From positions 171,459 to 235,458 of IMG/VR virus record IMGVR_UViG_3300031997_000001: a DNA stretch of 64,000 nt; one strand, given 5' to 3'. Within the stretch, counting starts at the first letter, position 1, and every line of letters begins with the position of its first letter. The position numbers and the translations under genes are program-made. The notes below the pieces were generated by a model that worked only from the letters and a program-made list of their open reading frames with translations, ran no database searches and was not told where the DNA came from. This document shows positions 51,821 through 62,104 of this stretch, in pieces.

Positions 51821-53554
51821 TCATATCTTGCAGTAAAGGGGGACCATATCATCTCCGGCTACTATAGTTTTGTACACAGAGGGCTTCAGAATCGCGGTTA
51901 TGCCCTTCATTTCCTCTTCCGTCGCAGCCGCGACCTTCAAGATCTTCTGGGTGGAAATGGTCTTGGCAAAGAGGTCCCGGAGCATGCCGGGTCCGATGAA
52001 CTTGTCCACGGATAGCCTTACGTCCACGAGCATCATCCCACTGAAATAGTACTCTGCCTGGATGATCTTCGCATACTTCATAATCTTGATGATGTGCGGT
52101 ATCCACCTCGCCAGAATATCTGCTTCCAGCGTTCCTTTCTTGATCTTCGTAACGTCCAGGTCAGCAGAGACCGTCATTCCACTCCACTTGCTGGCTTTTA
52201 CGTGAAAGAGCCCTTTGGACAGATAGATGACTACAGCGACGCCTTCCAGCTTGTAGGGTTCTATGAAGTAACAAAGGCGCCCGAGAATTGGCTTGACATC
52301 CTTCAGCTCGAGGAGCGGGACATAGGGGAGGATGGTTGGCGTCATACGAACCAGGTTATCTGATTGTTGGCCGTCTGAATAGCCGCCCATTCTCCGCCTC
52401 GGGACGCCCTGATCTTCGTGATGTGAACCAGCTTCGTCTTCCTCTGCATGGAATCCTGATCCATCGTGAACAGGAGGAGCGGAAGGCCGCCGCGGATAAC
52501 GGAAACGTGCCCACTGGCCTGGACCTGGTTCACGACGCCATACCAGTGCGTAAACCAGCCGTGCCAGATTACGATGTCGCCCATCTTAGGCTGCCAAGTG
52601 CTTATGGCGGCATAATGGGCGAGGTCCACCATCACTGATTGATCAGGCATCGGAAAGCTTCTTTGTTAGAGGTTCGAACTGGAACTTCCCTTCTGGCAAC
52701 TCCCAGACGACGACCATGTCCTTGCGCTTGCCACCCATCCGCTGCTTGATAAGGTCATCGACCCAGAAGTGCATCTGGTCCACGTCCAGACCGGAATCCG
52801 TCTTCTCATTGAACAGCTTTCGCTTTTTAACTAGTTCGAAGCCTTCCAGGAGTGAAGCCCTGAGCTGGTGCTTGTCGTCCACGAAAGGCTTGAGGGCCTG
52901 GACGATGTCAGCTTGGCTCTTGACTATTACTGGTTCCAGTTTCAGTTCCTTGGTCATCGTTTTTCTCCCGGATGAACAGCGTCAGGACATGCTCCTGGGG
53001 TGGCCGGTCACACGCCATCTTTATCTTGCCATGCATAAAGTTAGATACCCTGTGAAGTGCGAACGTGCGCAAGGCAATATCGACAACCCAGCCATACTCG
53101 CCGGGGAAGAGGGCCCCCGGAAGGGCCCATGCCACGGCTGCGCTTGCCCAAACGGAAAAGCAGTAGCCGCAGGAAACGAGCTCGCCGAAGAACGCCCCGA
53201 TCCGGCCTGGAAGACGCGAAATGCCGGTACGGAGGCCGAAGAATAGGCTGGATGATACGACAATCTCAGTGACGGCCTCGACGGCCAGGGCGGCCATGAG
53301 CCAGAGTAGGAGAGATTGGCATAGTTGCGTCACTGAGAGAACCTACAGTGGTTGTTGATACATACCAGGGCGAGCGTCGGCTGCCTCTTCTCCCTGTCGA
53401 ACTTATGTACCCGTCTCATAGGCCAGCCGCACCTGGGGCAGCGTTCGGCAACGCCGACGCTAATGACAGGGCGACCTATGGCAATATGTGAGCCCTTTGG
53501 GGCTACGCTTGCGCCTTGCTGCTCTCGGCGCTTGCCGCAGGCTCCACAGGCCAT
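51821..53554 (-). CDS. hypothetical genes incl. DUF1360-like membrane protein (52908-53333) and small Zn-ribbon protein (53330-53554)
   Basis: TM helix plus LVSCGYCFSVW; CGAC/CPRCG motifs. Confidence 0.55.
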
Positions 53555-54072
53555 ATGGCCTCCACGGGTATCTTCAGGAAGTCAAACAGGTTGAATGCCC
53601 ACAAAGAAAGACCGCCACACATTATCAGGATCTTACTCTGTGGCCATAGGTCGACAAGGCTGCCGCGGTCCGTGCTGCGGAGTTCATAGTTCACCAACAT
53701 AAACCAGTTTCTGTCCCCTTTGGTGATAATCAGGAGGGGCTCTTTCTTATATTTCCTTGCCGCTCCCTCGAGTTTTCGCCACCAGGCAAATATTTGGTGC
53801 TTCGGACTGGTCAGAAACTGCTCGAAATGCCATCCCGTAGCGCTCTGCTTGGTTATCCTCTTCTTGACGTCGATCATGAACTTGCTGAGGAAGGCAGCAC
53901 CCTTCTTCCGGACATCTTCCGGGGCCGCCTCGTTTACTATGATGTCGCCGAGATACTCTTCCATCATGCGCCCCTGGAGGGGCATCCGGCGGAGAGCGTC
54001 TTCATTTCCACAAGCCCACTTGCCGAGGAGACGGGCTACTTTTCGCTCAGCGACTTTCCACGAATTGCCCAT
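53503..54072 (-). CDS. Holliday-junction-resolvase-like PD-(D/E)xK nuclease
   Basis: ERKVA..L, GDII, IDVKKR, WW.KL...A...KEPLLII. Confidence 0.6.
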   Translation of the reverse strand: MGNSWKVAERKVARLLGKWACGNEDALRRMPLQGRMMEEYLGDIIVNEAAPEDVRKKGAAFLSKFMIDVKKRITKQSATGWHFEQFLTSPKHQIFAWWRKLEGAARKYKKEPLLIITKGDRNWFMLVNYELRSTDRGSLVDLWPQSKILIMCGGLSLWAFNLFDFLKIPVEAIWPVEPAASAESSKAQA

Positions 54073-54412
54073 TGTTCACCCTGACTTATATACGCTGCTG
54101 GCCCGCAAGCACGAACCTGCGGGCCAGCTAGGTCAAGCCAGTGGGAGCTGGCTCGTTATGGATTGCTGCCGATTAGCGTATTATCCGTGACGATATAGGT
54201 CTGGTCCATGTGTATAAGCCTAAACCCATCGGCATATTCAGCTGTAAGATACGCCTCGATCGTGGGGAAGCCGGCCACGTCGACGCGGATCTCCGAGCTG
54301 CTCTTGGTCATGACACTGATAGTCGTGTTGTTCTTGTCTACTACGTTTCCCGTGGCGTCGATCGGCTTTATGATCGTGGAGGCGACATGTACGCTTGCCA
54401 TCTTTTTCTCCT

Positions 54413-55264
54413 TTAGTTTATCCTGGTTAGATTTTTGAATGGGAGGACGAATCTATGGAATTCCCCAATGAGACCCCGGATTTTGAGCCGCATGGCCGCT
54501 GATTCGATAGCAGGCCCGTTGAAGACAGGACGCGAGGACCTAATAGCCTTGACGTACTTGACGTTGTCCTCAACGAAAGGGCATTTCGACATGTCGATGA
54601 GGAACCTATTGTCGACGAGCGTTTTGATACCCCTGGCCTTCAGGAAAGCCTTCATTTCACCATCATTCTCGCAGAGCTTCGCAGCCCTCTTTGGGCCTAT
54701 GCCGACATAACCGGGAATGTTGTCGGCCTTGTCGCCCATCATGCACTTCATTAAAAGAGGATACCTATATTCCTTCCGGTGTCCCGTGTGCATCGGATTG
54801 AAGACGTGGACGTTTCCCTTCTCGAGTTGTACGAAATCGCTATCGCTGGAGACTATCGTCGCGGACTCCTTGTCCTGCAGGGTCTGGATGAACGCGTAGA
54901 TCAGATCATCCGCTTCCTGGGTCTCGCGGAAGTACATCCGGATGCCCATCTCTGGTATGATAGTCATGGCAACATTGACGCAATCCGCCATGACTTTATC
55001 GACATCAAAGGCGTTCCTCTTGTCGCGCTCCGCCTTCCTTTGGGCCTTATAAGCCGGGAAGAATTTCCGACGCCAGAGGTTTTCCGGCTTGTCATCCCAG
55101 AATACGTGGATCTCTGATGGCCTGAACGTGCGGAGGTAGTGGTGGAGGAACCGGACGAAGATGATGACGGTATGGAATCCGGACTTCCGGAAGGCAGGGT
55201 CCGCCATCCCCGCGAACATGGCGCGGTAGATCGAATTGCGGCCGTCTACCAGCAGATGCTTCAT
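54413..55264 (-). CDS. 5'-3' exonuclease / T4 RNase H-like flap nuclease
   Basis: LLVDG.N..YR, VFWD, YKAQR, EADD, SSDSDF, GDKADNIPG..GIGPKRA. Confidence 0.9.
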   Translation of the reverse strand: MKHLLVDGRNSIYRAMFAGMADPAFRKSGFHTVIIFVRFLHHYLRTFRPSEIHVFWDDKPENLWRRKFFPAYKAQRKAERDKRNAFDVDKVMADCVNVAMTIIPEMGIRMYFRETQEADDLIYAFIQTLQDKESATIVSSDSDFVQLEKGNVHVFNPMHTGHRKEYRYPLLMKCMMGDKADNIPGYVGIGPKRAAKLCENDGEMKAFLKARGIKTLVDNRFLIDMSKCPFVEDNVKYVKAIRSSRPVFNGPAIESAAMRLKIRGLIGEFHRFVLPFKNLTRIN

Positions 55265-55271
55265 AAAGAAA

Positions 55272-55293
55272 CGGGCGCGGTGTCCCGCGCCCG
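55272..55293 (-). terminator. intrinsic terminator after SSB gene
   Basis: CGGGCGCGG/CCGCGCCCG stem followed by TTTCTTT. Confidence 0.7.
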
Positions 55294-55321
55294 CCTCCGA
55301 TTACGTTTCAGCAGAGACCGG

Positions 55322-56389
55322 CTACTCGTCCTTGATCTCTTTCAAGAGACTGTCGATTTCCGCATCCGCGATCGGCCCGCCATCCGCCGGTGATTCCTCA
55401 GGTTCCGGCGCAGCCTTAGCCGCCGTGGCGGGCTTCGCCGGCTTGGTAGGGGCTTCCTCCGTAACCTCGTCCTGGAATTCCTCTGCAGGAGGAGCGGGTT
55501 TGGCTGCCGCAGGCTTTGCGGCCGGAGCAGGCTTGGCTGCTGCTGGCGCGGGTTTGGCTGCCGCAGGCTTCGCGGCCGGGGCGGGCTTGGCTGCCGCGGG
55601 CTTTTCCTCCGTGTGGTCCTCATGGAATCCGGCATCATCGCCAGCGGTGGTCGGCGACTTCTTCAGGATGTTGTCCACCTTCGCCTGGAGCGCTGCCAGG
55701 TCGCGTGCGGCGAACTTCGTGGGCACGTCATGCCGCCTGGACAGGATCTCCTTGATCTTGGCCTCGTCCTTGGACAGGGGGCCCTTGGTCGTGACCAGGA
55801 ACTTGGACTCCTCGTAGTTGTTGTAGCCGCCCTTGCTCTTGATGACGACCTTCATGACGTACCCGGCCTTCTCGTCGTAGAACAGGCCGAACGGCGCGGG
55901 ATCGTCCTCGCTGCCGGCATCGTCCCGCAGAATGCACTCCTCGCACTTGTCGTAGAGCGTCTTCGGGATGTTGGCCCAGAAGACCTTGCCGCGGAGGTCT
56001 TCCTGGACGTTGGTAGACTGTGGGAAGTAGATGTTGACGCCGTAGTAGCTCCTGGCGAGGTACGTCTTGGCGATCTTGCTCTTCTGCTCCTTGTCCATTC
56101 CGTCCATCAGCTGGAAGCCGAGCTGACAAAGCGGGCACTCCGCCCCCTGTTCATGAATGCGCGGGCATTCCAGCCGCTTCATGTCCAGGAAGTGGCTGCC
56201 GTTCATGTAGAACCAGAGGTCGCCCATGCTCGGAACGGGCGGTAGAAACTTGATGTAGTAGGTGAGCGTCTCGTTTTCCTTGGCCTTGGGGAACCGGAAC
56301 TCGTTCGGATCCTTCTGCCCGCCGCCCTTCTTGTCCTGCATCAGCTTGCGGATCCTGGCAATGTCCTCGTTCTCGCGGATCACGGTCAT
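55322..56389 (-). CDS. T4 gp32-like single-stranded DNA-binding protein with AAKP repeats and acidic tail
   Basis: IKFLPP, H...CP...ECP.C, YYGVNIY, GKVF, GYNNYEESKF, acidic C-terminus. Confidence 0.8.
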   Translation of the reverse strand: MTVIRENEDIARIRKLMQDKKGGGQKDPNEFRFPKAKENETLTYYIKFLPPVPSMGDLWFYMNGSHFLDMKRLECPRIHEQGAECPLCQLGFQLMDGMDKEQKSKIAKTYLARSYYGVNIYFPQSTNVQEDLRGKVFWANIPKTLYDKCEECILRDDAGSEDDPAPFGLFYDEKAGYVMKVVIKSKGGYNNYEESKFLVTTKGPLSKDEAKIKEILSRRHDVPTKFAARDLAALQAKVDNILKKSPTTAGDDAGFHEDHTEEKPAAAKPAPAAKPAAAKPAPAAAKPAPAAKPAAAKPAPPAEEFQDEVTEEAPTKPAKPATAAKAAPEPEESPADGGPIADAEIDSLLKEIKDE

Positions 56390-56425
56390 GACTTCCTCCT
56401 TTAATGGTTCTCCGTGAAATACGGC

Positions 56426-56959
56426 TTACACGCTGCCGGCGTCCCTGAGCTCCTGTCTCTTGAAGCCCGCCAATGACCGCAAGTGCTCAGACTTCATCTT
56501 TAACGCCTCTACGATGTTGTAGAGCTTGCCGGAGGACCTCTGCGCGATTAGGAGCTCCGCTTCCAGCTTCTCTAGAATGTCATCTGCTTCGATGAGCTCC
56601 TTTATGTCTGCGGCGCGCAGGGAGACACCCTCCGCCTTTGCCGTGTTAAGGATCTGCTCTGCGACGATGGCCCTGCGCCTCTTTATCTTGCGCTCAAAGA
56701 CGCCGACGACCATCTTCTGTTCACTCATGACTCCGGCCCAGTAGGAAAAGGCGCTTGGCGTCCTTGCAAGCTGCTCTTCGAGATTGTCGTAGTCTATTTC
56801 TACGTCGGTCCTAAAGTCCCGAGAGATAGTTCCGCCGCCTGGCACCTTGACGTGGATGCGGACGACGATGTTCGCAACGTCCTCCGGGATGTTGTCGGCA
56901 AACCATTTGTTCTTGGGAGCTGTCATCGGATTTCCTTGTAAAGCTTCCATTTCTTCCAA
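56426..56959 (-). CDS. UvsY-like recombination mediator
   Basis: Helical; ID..L..QL...P..F.YW...EALKMKS..LRS; sits next to the SSB gene. Confidence 0.55.
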   Translation of the reverse strand: MEEMEALQGNPMTAPKNKWFADNIPEDVANIVVRIHVKVPGGGTISRDFRTDVEIDYDNLEEQLARTPSAFSYWAGVMSEQKMVVGVFERKIKRRRAIVAEQILNTAKAEGVSLRAADIKELIEADDILEKLEAELLIAQRSSGKLYNIVEALKMKSEHLRSLAGFKRQELRDAGSV

Positions 56960-58107
56960 TGACGGCCGACGTAAATCCGGAGCGGAAACGTCGGATTGCT
57001 GTCCAGTATGTCCTTGAACGGATGGAGCATGGCTTCGACGCCGACGTTCAGAACCTCCTTGATCGCGTGCCTATTCGCCGCCAGAGTAATCGAGTCGTGC
57101 ATCTCTGCCACGATGCAGTCGGGCATCGCCTTGTAAATCTGCCAGAGGGCACTATGCATGGCGTGCACCACCGTCCCCTGGAGCGAGGCGTTAAATACGC
57201 TCCTCATATTGTGGAGAGGATCGCCTTCTGTAGCCATCCGGAACCTTCTACCCAGGACGGACTCCGTCCAGCCTCTGTTTTCCAGCTTAGCCTTCTCGAC
57301 GGCGACCCATTTCTGAAGATCCGGCCAGAACTGAAGGGCCGGGCTATCCTGGTCCATTTCGTAGAGAGCGCGAATCATCATGCTCTTGCAGTCTGCCCGG
57401 GTCAGATCTCCCTTCGCCATGACGGTGTAGGGGTCGGACTTCCTGAAGGCTTCTGCAAGAAGCTCGTCTCCGCTCAGGATCTGACCAGCCTTAAGATCTG
57501 CCGAGATCCAGTCCAGATGGATGAAATAGGATTTTTCTTCATCGGGGTGCTTTACGTCGTAAGACGCATCCGTCCCTTGGACGTTGAAACCTAGCGTCTT
57601 TGACCGGCCGCTGACCGTGTTGAGGATATATCGAGGATAGGCGAGAAGGTGACCATTCATGAGGCCACGCTTCTGGAGCATACGATAGACCTGCGTGGCT
57701 CTTCCGAGCAGTTTCATCCAGGGAGCGGGCTGGATGCTGGCAACGCCACGGACGAGCTTCTCGCAGATCTCCTTGGCCCTCTCGGCGGACAACGTACCGT
57801 AATTCGGCTGCTTCGGGATGCCAAAATCCCAGACGTTAAACGGATGCGCCAGTAGGTTGCATTCGCGGTCCAGGAAATCAAGGACCGTTTTGAAGTCGTT
57901 CATCGTTACGGCGGGAAGAGGACTCCCTTTGAATTCTCCAAGGATGGCCTTTGCGCTCTCCCAGACCGTCTTCAAGCTGAGACCGACGCCAGAGAGAAGC
58001 AGGGGGTACGATCTGACGGCATCACTCCCGTCGTCCATGAAGGCAGCCATGAGCGGACGAGAGGACTGCTTCGTGTACTGACACATTACGAAGGCGTGCT
58101 TGGACAC
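56923..58107 (-). CDS. minimal, divergent family-A DNA polymerase-like protein
   Basis: SGR...FNVQ, motif A HLDWISADLK, motif B R..CK.......Y, NASLQGT, motif C EMHDS; no exonuclease domain visible. Confidence 0.7.
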   Translation of the reverse strand: MSKHAFVMCQYTKQSSRPLMAAFMDDGSDAVRSYPLLLSGVGLSLKTVWESAKAILGEFKGSPLPAVTMNDFKTVLDFLDRECNLLAHPFNVWDFGIPKQPNYGTLSAERAKEICEKLVRGVASIQPAPWMKLLGRATQVYRMLQKRGLMNGHLLAYPRYILNTVSGRSKTLGFNVQGTDASYDVKHPDEEKSYFIHLDWISADLKAGQILSGDELLAEAFRKSDPYTVMAKGDLTRADCKSMMIRALYEMDQDSPALQFWPDLQKWVAVEKAKLENRGWTESVLGRRFRMATEGDPLHNMRSVFNASLQGTVVHAMHSALWQIYKAMPDCIVAEMHDSITLAANRHAIKEVLNVGVEAMLHPFKDILDSNPTFPLRIYVGRHWKKWKLYKEIR

Positions 58108-58408
58108 GGAGATGAAATACTTTCCGGTCGGAAATAACGGCAGACGCCCGGGAGAATGCTGACTTTCCAGCCCGAATTGAAGAGTGCGTCCAGTTGGTCA
58201 TCCCGCCAGATGAGCTCGAGCTCACATCCGAAGTGCTTCTCTAGGAAGGCTTGAATCTCCTTATCCTTCTCTCCAAGGTAGGCCATAGTACAGCTCGGAT
58301 TTGAGACGAAGATCTGCGCGCCCTCTCCACATTTGCGACAGATGGCGCTGTACCACGTTTTCATTTGAAGTAGACCTGGCGACCCTGGAAAACGCATTCC
58401 ACAGTAGC

Positions 58409-58768
58409 TCATTTCTTCTTGATCCCGTGGGTCGCGATGACCTTCGGGTGTCCCTGGTGCTTGCCGCCCTTTCGGAGCTTGTCCACCAAGTCCGCTTTCT
58501 CGCCCGGCTGGCGCATATAACCATAGGGGTCGTCGTTCTCGAGTTGGTGTAGGTTCATACTACGCCTGGCGCCTGCCTTATCTCTGACCAGCCCATTGCC
58601 AGGGAAGAAGAACTGGAACGTCATCCCCAGCCAAGTCCTCTTACAGGGCTTCTTGCACTGGGGACAGAGGACTTCCGGCTTCTGGTTCATGCCGTGATTG
58701 ACTTCGAAGACGAAATCCTGACTATCTTCCGTCTTGTGATGTTCGCAGATGTAGTTGTAAGTTGGCAT
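58409..58768 (-). CDS. FmdB-family zinc-ribbon protein
   Basis: MPTYNY.C....FE..H.M...P...CPQC. Confidence 0.75.
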   Translation of the reverse strand: MPTYNYICEHHKTEDSQDFVFEVNHGMNQKPEVLCPQCKKPCKRTWLGMTFQFFFPGNGLVRDKAGARRSMNLHQLENDDPYGYMRQPGEKADLVDKLRKGGKHQGHPKVIATHGIKKK

Positions 58769-60180
58769 TAGGAATTCCCGCCTACCGTCGTAATGTTGAC
58801 GGCCGGCTCGTCCTCCTTGGCCTTCATGGTGACGTAGTTCATACGGATAGCTACTGTCTCGGACTTCGGACCGTTCCGATTCTTGGCGATGAAGAGTCTC
58901 GCTCGGGCGGCTGTGTTTTCAGCCCGGCTCGCGTCGTAGCCGGCCTCGTATTCGTTCTTCGTCTGATTGATACTCACGACGTAGGAAAGCGGCATAGATT
59001 TCCCGAAGGACTCTGCGATCTTATCCAGGTCGATTGACTTCCCGCCGCCAGTCCCGGCCGTCTTCTTGCTGGACTGCTCTTCCTCGTTCATGCCGTACCG
59101 GTTGGTCTGCGTCGCCGTGAAGACTGCCACGTTTTCCTTGTCGGCGAATCCGCACAGCTCCGTGGAGATGGACTTCTGTCTAGCGTAATCGTCCCGGTTC
59201 ATGAACTTGTTCCGCGAGACCATGAGTTCCAGGTAGTCGATAATCACGACTCTCGGATTGAAGCCCTTGTTCCGCCTCAGGAAGTCCATGACCTGATGGA
59301 GGGTGTCTACGCTGACCTCGTCCGCAGGAAACTTGTAGAGGACGAGTTCCGCTCCATAATGGGCCTTGCATCGGCTCAGGATTTGCGTGATCTGATCCTT
59401 GTGCGCCATCCGATGCATATGCGTGACGACCGGCACATTGGTGAATGCGCCGGCGTACCTGACTTGGGTCTTCTTGATGTCTCCTTCGAAGGAGAAGTGT
59501 ACGACGTTGTGCCCAGCCCGTACGTTAGCCTCTCCCGTGTTGCAGAGCATGTAAGTCTTGCCGACGTTGGTCGGAGCCATCCAGACGAAGACGTCGCTTA
59601 TCGTAGGCCCGCCGTCGTTGATGTACCTATCAAGCTTCGGGAAGCCCGTCGTGAACTTGATTTCATTCTCTTCCGTGAAGAGCTCGTGAGCGCGCTCGAA
59701 GAACCAGATTCCCGTCTGGCTGACGTCGGTGATCTTCCTGGCTGATTCGACGATCTCGTTTACGCGGTCAAAGTTCCCGCGCGAGACTTCCTCCATGACT
59801 TCTTTGGAGTAAAGGAGACCCAGGGCACGACGTTTGGCGAATTCGACGACGGACTGCTTGACGACCGGAGCTTCCCGAGGATCAGATTGCTTGTCGATGA
59901 GGGAGATGATCGGCTCGTAGTCGTCATCGACCGTCAGGTTCTTCCTGGCAATGTCCTTTACCAGGCCGCGAGTCGGCGATACCCGGTGCTTCTCTATGAG
60001 TTTCTTGATGATGGCGAATAGGAACTTGGACGGGATGTGCTTGAAGTGATCGATCTGGAGGTAGGGCACGACGGAACTGAAGAACTCTGGTAGGTCGAAG
60101 GCCAGCGCTATGATCGCCTGCTCTTCGTTCTCGCCGAACGTGCGAGAATCCTTATCGTGAAGGGTCTGTTCGTCTGACAT
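58768..60180 (-). CDS. DnaB/gp41-like replicative helicase
   Basis: TGFPKLD, APTNVGKT, FSFE, IIDYLELM, TATQTNR, AESFG, IAKNRNG. Confidence 0.9.
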   Translation of the reverse strand: MSDEQTLHDKDSRTFGENEEQAIIALAFDLPEFFSSVVPYLQIDHFKHIPSKFLFAIIKKLIEKHRVSPTRGLVKDIARKNLTVDDDYEPIISLIDKQSDPREAPVVKQSVVEFAKRRALGLLYSKEVMEEVSRGNFDRVNEIVESARKITDVSQTGIWFFERAHELFTEENEIKFTTGFPKLDRYINDGGPTISDVFVWMAPTNVGKTYMLCNTGEANVRAGHNVVHFSFEGDIKKTQVRYAGAFTNVPVVTHMHRMAHKDQITQILSRCKAHYGAELVLYKFPADEVSVDTLHQVMDFLRRNKGFNPRVVIIDYLELMVSRNKFMNRDDYARQKSISTELCGFADKENVAVFTATQTNRYGMNEEEQSSKKTAGTGGGKSIDLDKIAESFGKSMPLSYVVSINQTKNEYEAGYDASRAENTAARARLFIAKNRNGPKSETVAIRMNYVTMKAKEDEPAVNITTVGGNS

Positions 60181-60189
60181 TCTTTTTGT

Positions 60190-60600
60190 TCAGCTAAATA
60201 GATATGCTTGTGCCAGACCTCGTCGTGCATTGCGACACCCAACTTTTCGAAAGTGTCTCTTTATGGAATCGAGATACTTCACGGCCTCCTGGGGCGATAG
60301 GTCGGCTGGAATCGTGACGCAAAGAGTTTCCCGACCAACACGTTCCACGTGCATAGAGAATTTCCGACCATTTCTGGCCCGTTGGATGTCGTGGATTAGA
60401 GCGACGTCCTCGGCGAGCAGCAGTCTCCTGCGGTAAAGCTCTGCCTTCTTATGGTCCCCAATCGATTCGCAATGCTCTACTTTGTGCCGCCAATAGGCTA
60501 GGTCGTCTTCTCCATTCGGAATGGCTGCTTCTGTCTTGCGTCCGAGCAGGGGTGCAAATGGGAGGAGTGTGAGGGCTTTTAAAAGAGATCGTCTGTTCAT
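60190..60600 (-). CDS. small protein with twin-arginine-like N-terminus and T4 portal (gp20)-like segment
   Basis: MNRRSLLK; LLLAEDVALIHDIQRA...PADLSPQEAVKYLDSI. Confidence 0.5.
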   Translation of the reverse strand: MNRRSLLKALTLLPFAPLLGRKTEAAIPNGEDDLAYWRHKVEHCESIGDHKKAELYRRRLLLAEDVALIHDIQRARNGRKFSMHVERVGRETLCVTIPADLSPQEAVKYLDSIKRHFRKVGCRNARRGLAQAYLFS

Positions 60601-60989
60601 GGGGCACTCCCAGTTGATCCGGCGCTCCCGCTTCCAGGCGGAGTCGGACCGGTGCTTCCCGATCCCGGTGAAACCGAGCATCTGGCGGCAAGCCGAGCCC
60701 TTTCCTCCCGCAACCTTCTCTCGAGATTTTGCACGACGAGCGTCTCTGCCTCGCAGAACGTCAGAAGTTCATCTTCCGTGAAGTAGAGCGTCTGGATGCG
60801 CTTCAGGTCAATATGGTCGCCGAGCGTCTGAGCGGACGGCGGCCTCCTGTTGATGTCGATCGTGTAAACATATCGGTCGTTCCTGAGCTGGAAGATCCCG
60901 CTGATCTTGTAGGCTTCCAGGAAGCCGATCTGCGCCGAGGACCTTAGATACACGACGTCATCGATCCGGAATGCGCTGACAATAGCCAT
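60597..60989 (-). CDS. hypothetical protein
   Basis: 130-aa ORF coupled to 60600. Confidence 0.65.
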   Translation of the reverse strand: MAIVSAFRIDDVVYLRSSAQIGFLEAYKISGIFQLRNDRYVYTIDINRRPPSAQTLGDHIDLKRIQTLYFTEDELLTFCEAETLVVQNLERRLREERARLAARCSVSPGSGSTGPTPPGSGSAGSTGSAP

Positions 60990-61020
60990 AGCCAGACTCC
61001 TATTGGGCCTGGCGTATCTT

Positions 61021-62076
61021 TTATTCCTCCGGCGCTTCCTCCTCCGGTTTGCTGATGATCACGTCCCTCTTCCGGATCTCCTCCCGGACCAGGTTCTCCA
61101 GTTCCGCTGTTATCTCGGGCCTTTCTACAAGGAATTTAAGAGCTTGATCTATGCCGTTCCCAATCTTTTCGTCCTTGAAGCAAATCCAGGCGCCGGCCCT
61201 CTTCAGGATACCACACTGCTCCGCCATGTCGGCAATGCAAGCTTCCCTTTGGATGCCTCTCCCGAAGACGAGTTTGAATTCGGCCTGGCGGAACGGCGGG
61301 GCGACCTTGTTCTTCTGGACCTTGGCGCGGACGATGATGGCGACGGCATCGTCTCCTTCCTTGACGGTCGAAAGGCGCCTGATCTCGATCCGGACAGACG
61401 CCCAATATTTCAGAGCGCGGCCTCCGGATGTCGTCTCCGGATTTCCGAACATGACTCCGATCTTCTCTCGCAGCTGGTTCGTGAAAATGACGCAGGTCTT
61501 CGTCTTGTTTACGATGGGCGCCAGCTTGCGTAAGGCTTTTGACATGAGGGCTGCCTGGGCGCCCATCTGCTTATCTATGAGGTCGCCTTCCAATTCTGCC
61601 TGGGGGACCAGGCCGGCGACGGAATCGATGACGATAAGGTCCATGGCATTCGATGCTACGAACCTCTCGACGATGGTTAAGGCTTGTTCGCCGCTGTTTG
61701 GCTGGGAAAGGTAGAGCTTGTCCATGTCCAAGTTGATCTTCTTGGCGTAGGCAGAGTCAAAGGCGTTCTCGACGTCGACGAACATTGCCCGGCCCTTCTC
61801 GGCCTGGACGTTCTTGACGATCTCCATGCAGAGCGTCGTCTTCCCTGACGCTTCAGGGCCATAGATTTCCGTGATACGGCCACGAGGAACTCCCCCAATC
61901 CCGAGGGCGATGTCCAGACGAAGGGATCCCGTCGGAATAGCCTCAACGTCGCGGATGATGGTCTGCCCGTGCATGACAGACCCCTTGCCGAAATCCTTCT
62001 CGACGGAATCCCAAGCGTGCTTGATGGCCTGCTCTTCGGCCTTGAAGTCCTGGGACTCATCTTTTTCTTTCGCCAT
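61021..62076 (-). CDS. recA: RecA recombinase (bacterial type)
   Basis: PTGSL.LD.ALG.GG.P.GRI.EIYGPEASGKTT, IDSVA.L.P.AE.EG, FTNQLR, GG.ALKY.ASVR, KNKVAPPF. Confidence 0.97.
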   Translation of the reverse strand: MAKEKDESQDFKAEEQAIKHAWDSVEKDFGKGSVMHGQTIIRDVEAIPTGSLRLDIALGIGGVPRGRITEIYGPEASGKTTLCMEIVKNVQAEKGRAMFVDVENAFDSAYAKKINLDMDKLYLSQPNSGEQALTIVERFVASNAMDLIVIDSVAGLVPQAELEGDLIDKQMGAQAALMSKALRKLAPIVNKTKTCVIFTNQLREKIGVMFGNPETTSGGRALKYWASVRIEIRRLSTVKEGDDAVAIIVRAKVQKNKVAPPFRQAEFKLVFGRGIQREACIADMAEQCGILKRAGAWICFKDEKIGNGIDQALKFLVERPEITAELENLVREEIRKRDVIISKPEEEAPEE

Positions 62077-62104
62077 GGGATACTCTTAAAGGGGCCGCGC
62101 TCAA

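Noticed and set aside
55495-55605. Tandem repeats in the SSB gene as a separate repeat element
   Set aside because: They are in-frame and encode an AAKP/APAAKP linker before the acidic tail.
55697-55720. Gapped self-match of block 5 (AC AA TT GC GC CG .. CT) to SSB codons ACG AAG TTC GCC GCA CGC GAC CTG
   Set aside because: Only six consecutive dinucleotides (12 nt) match and the flanks mismatch. A rough estimate (4^-12 x 128,000 positions x about 68 query windows) gives about 0.5 expected by chance.
60195-60200. TAAATA as a late promoter
   Set aside because: It lies within the last codons of the minus-strand gene and leads only to a 37-codon ORF.
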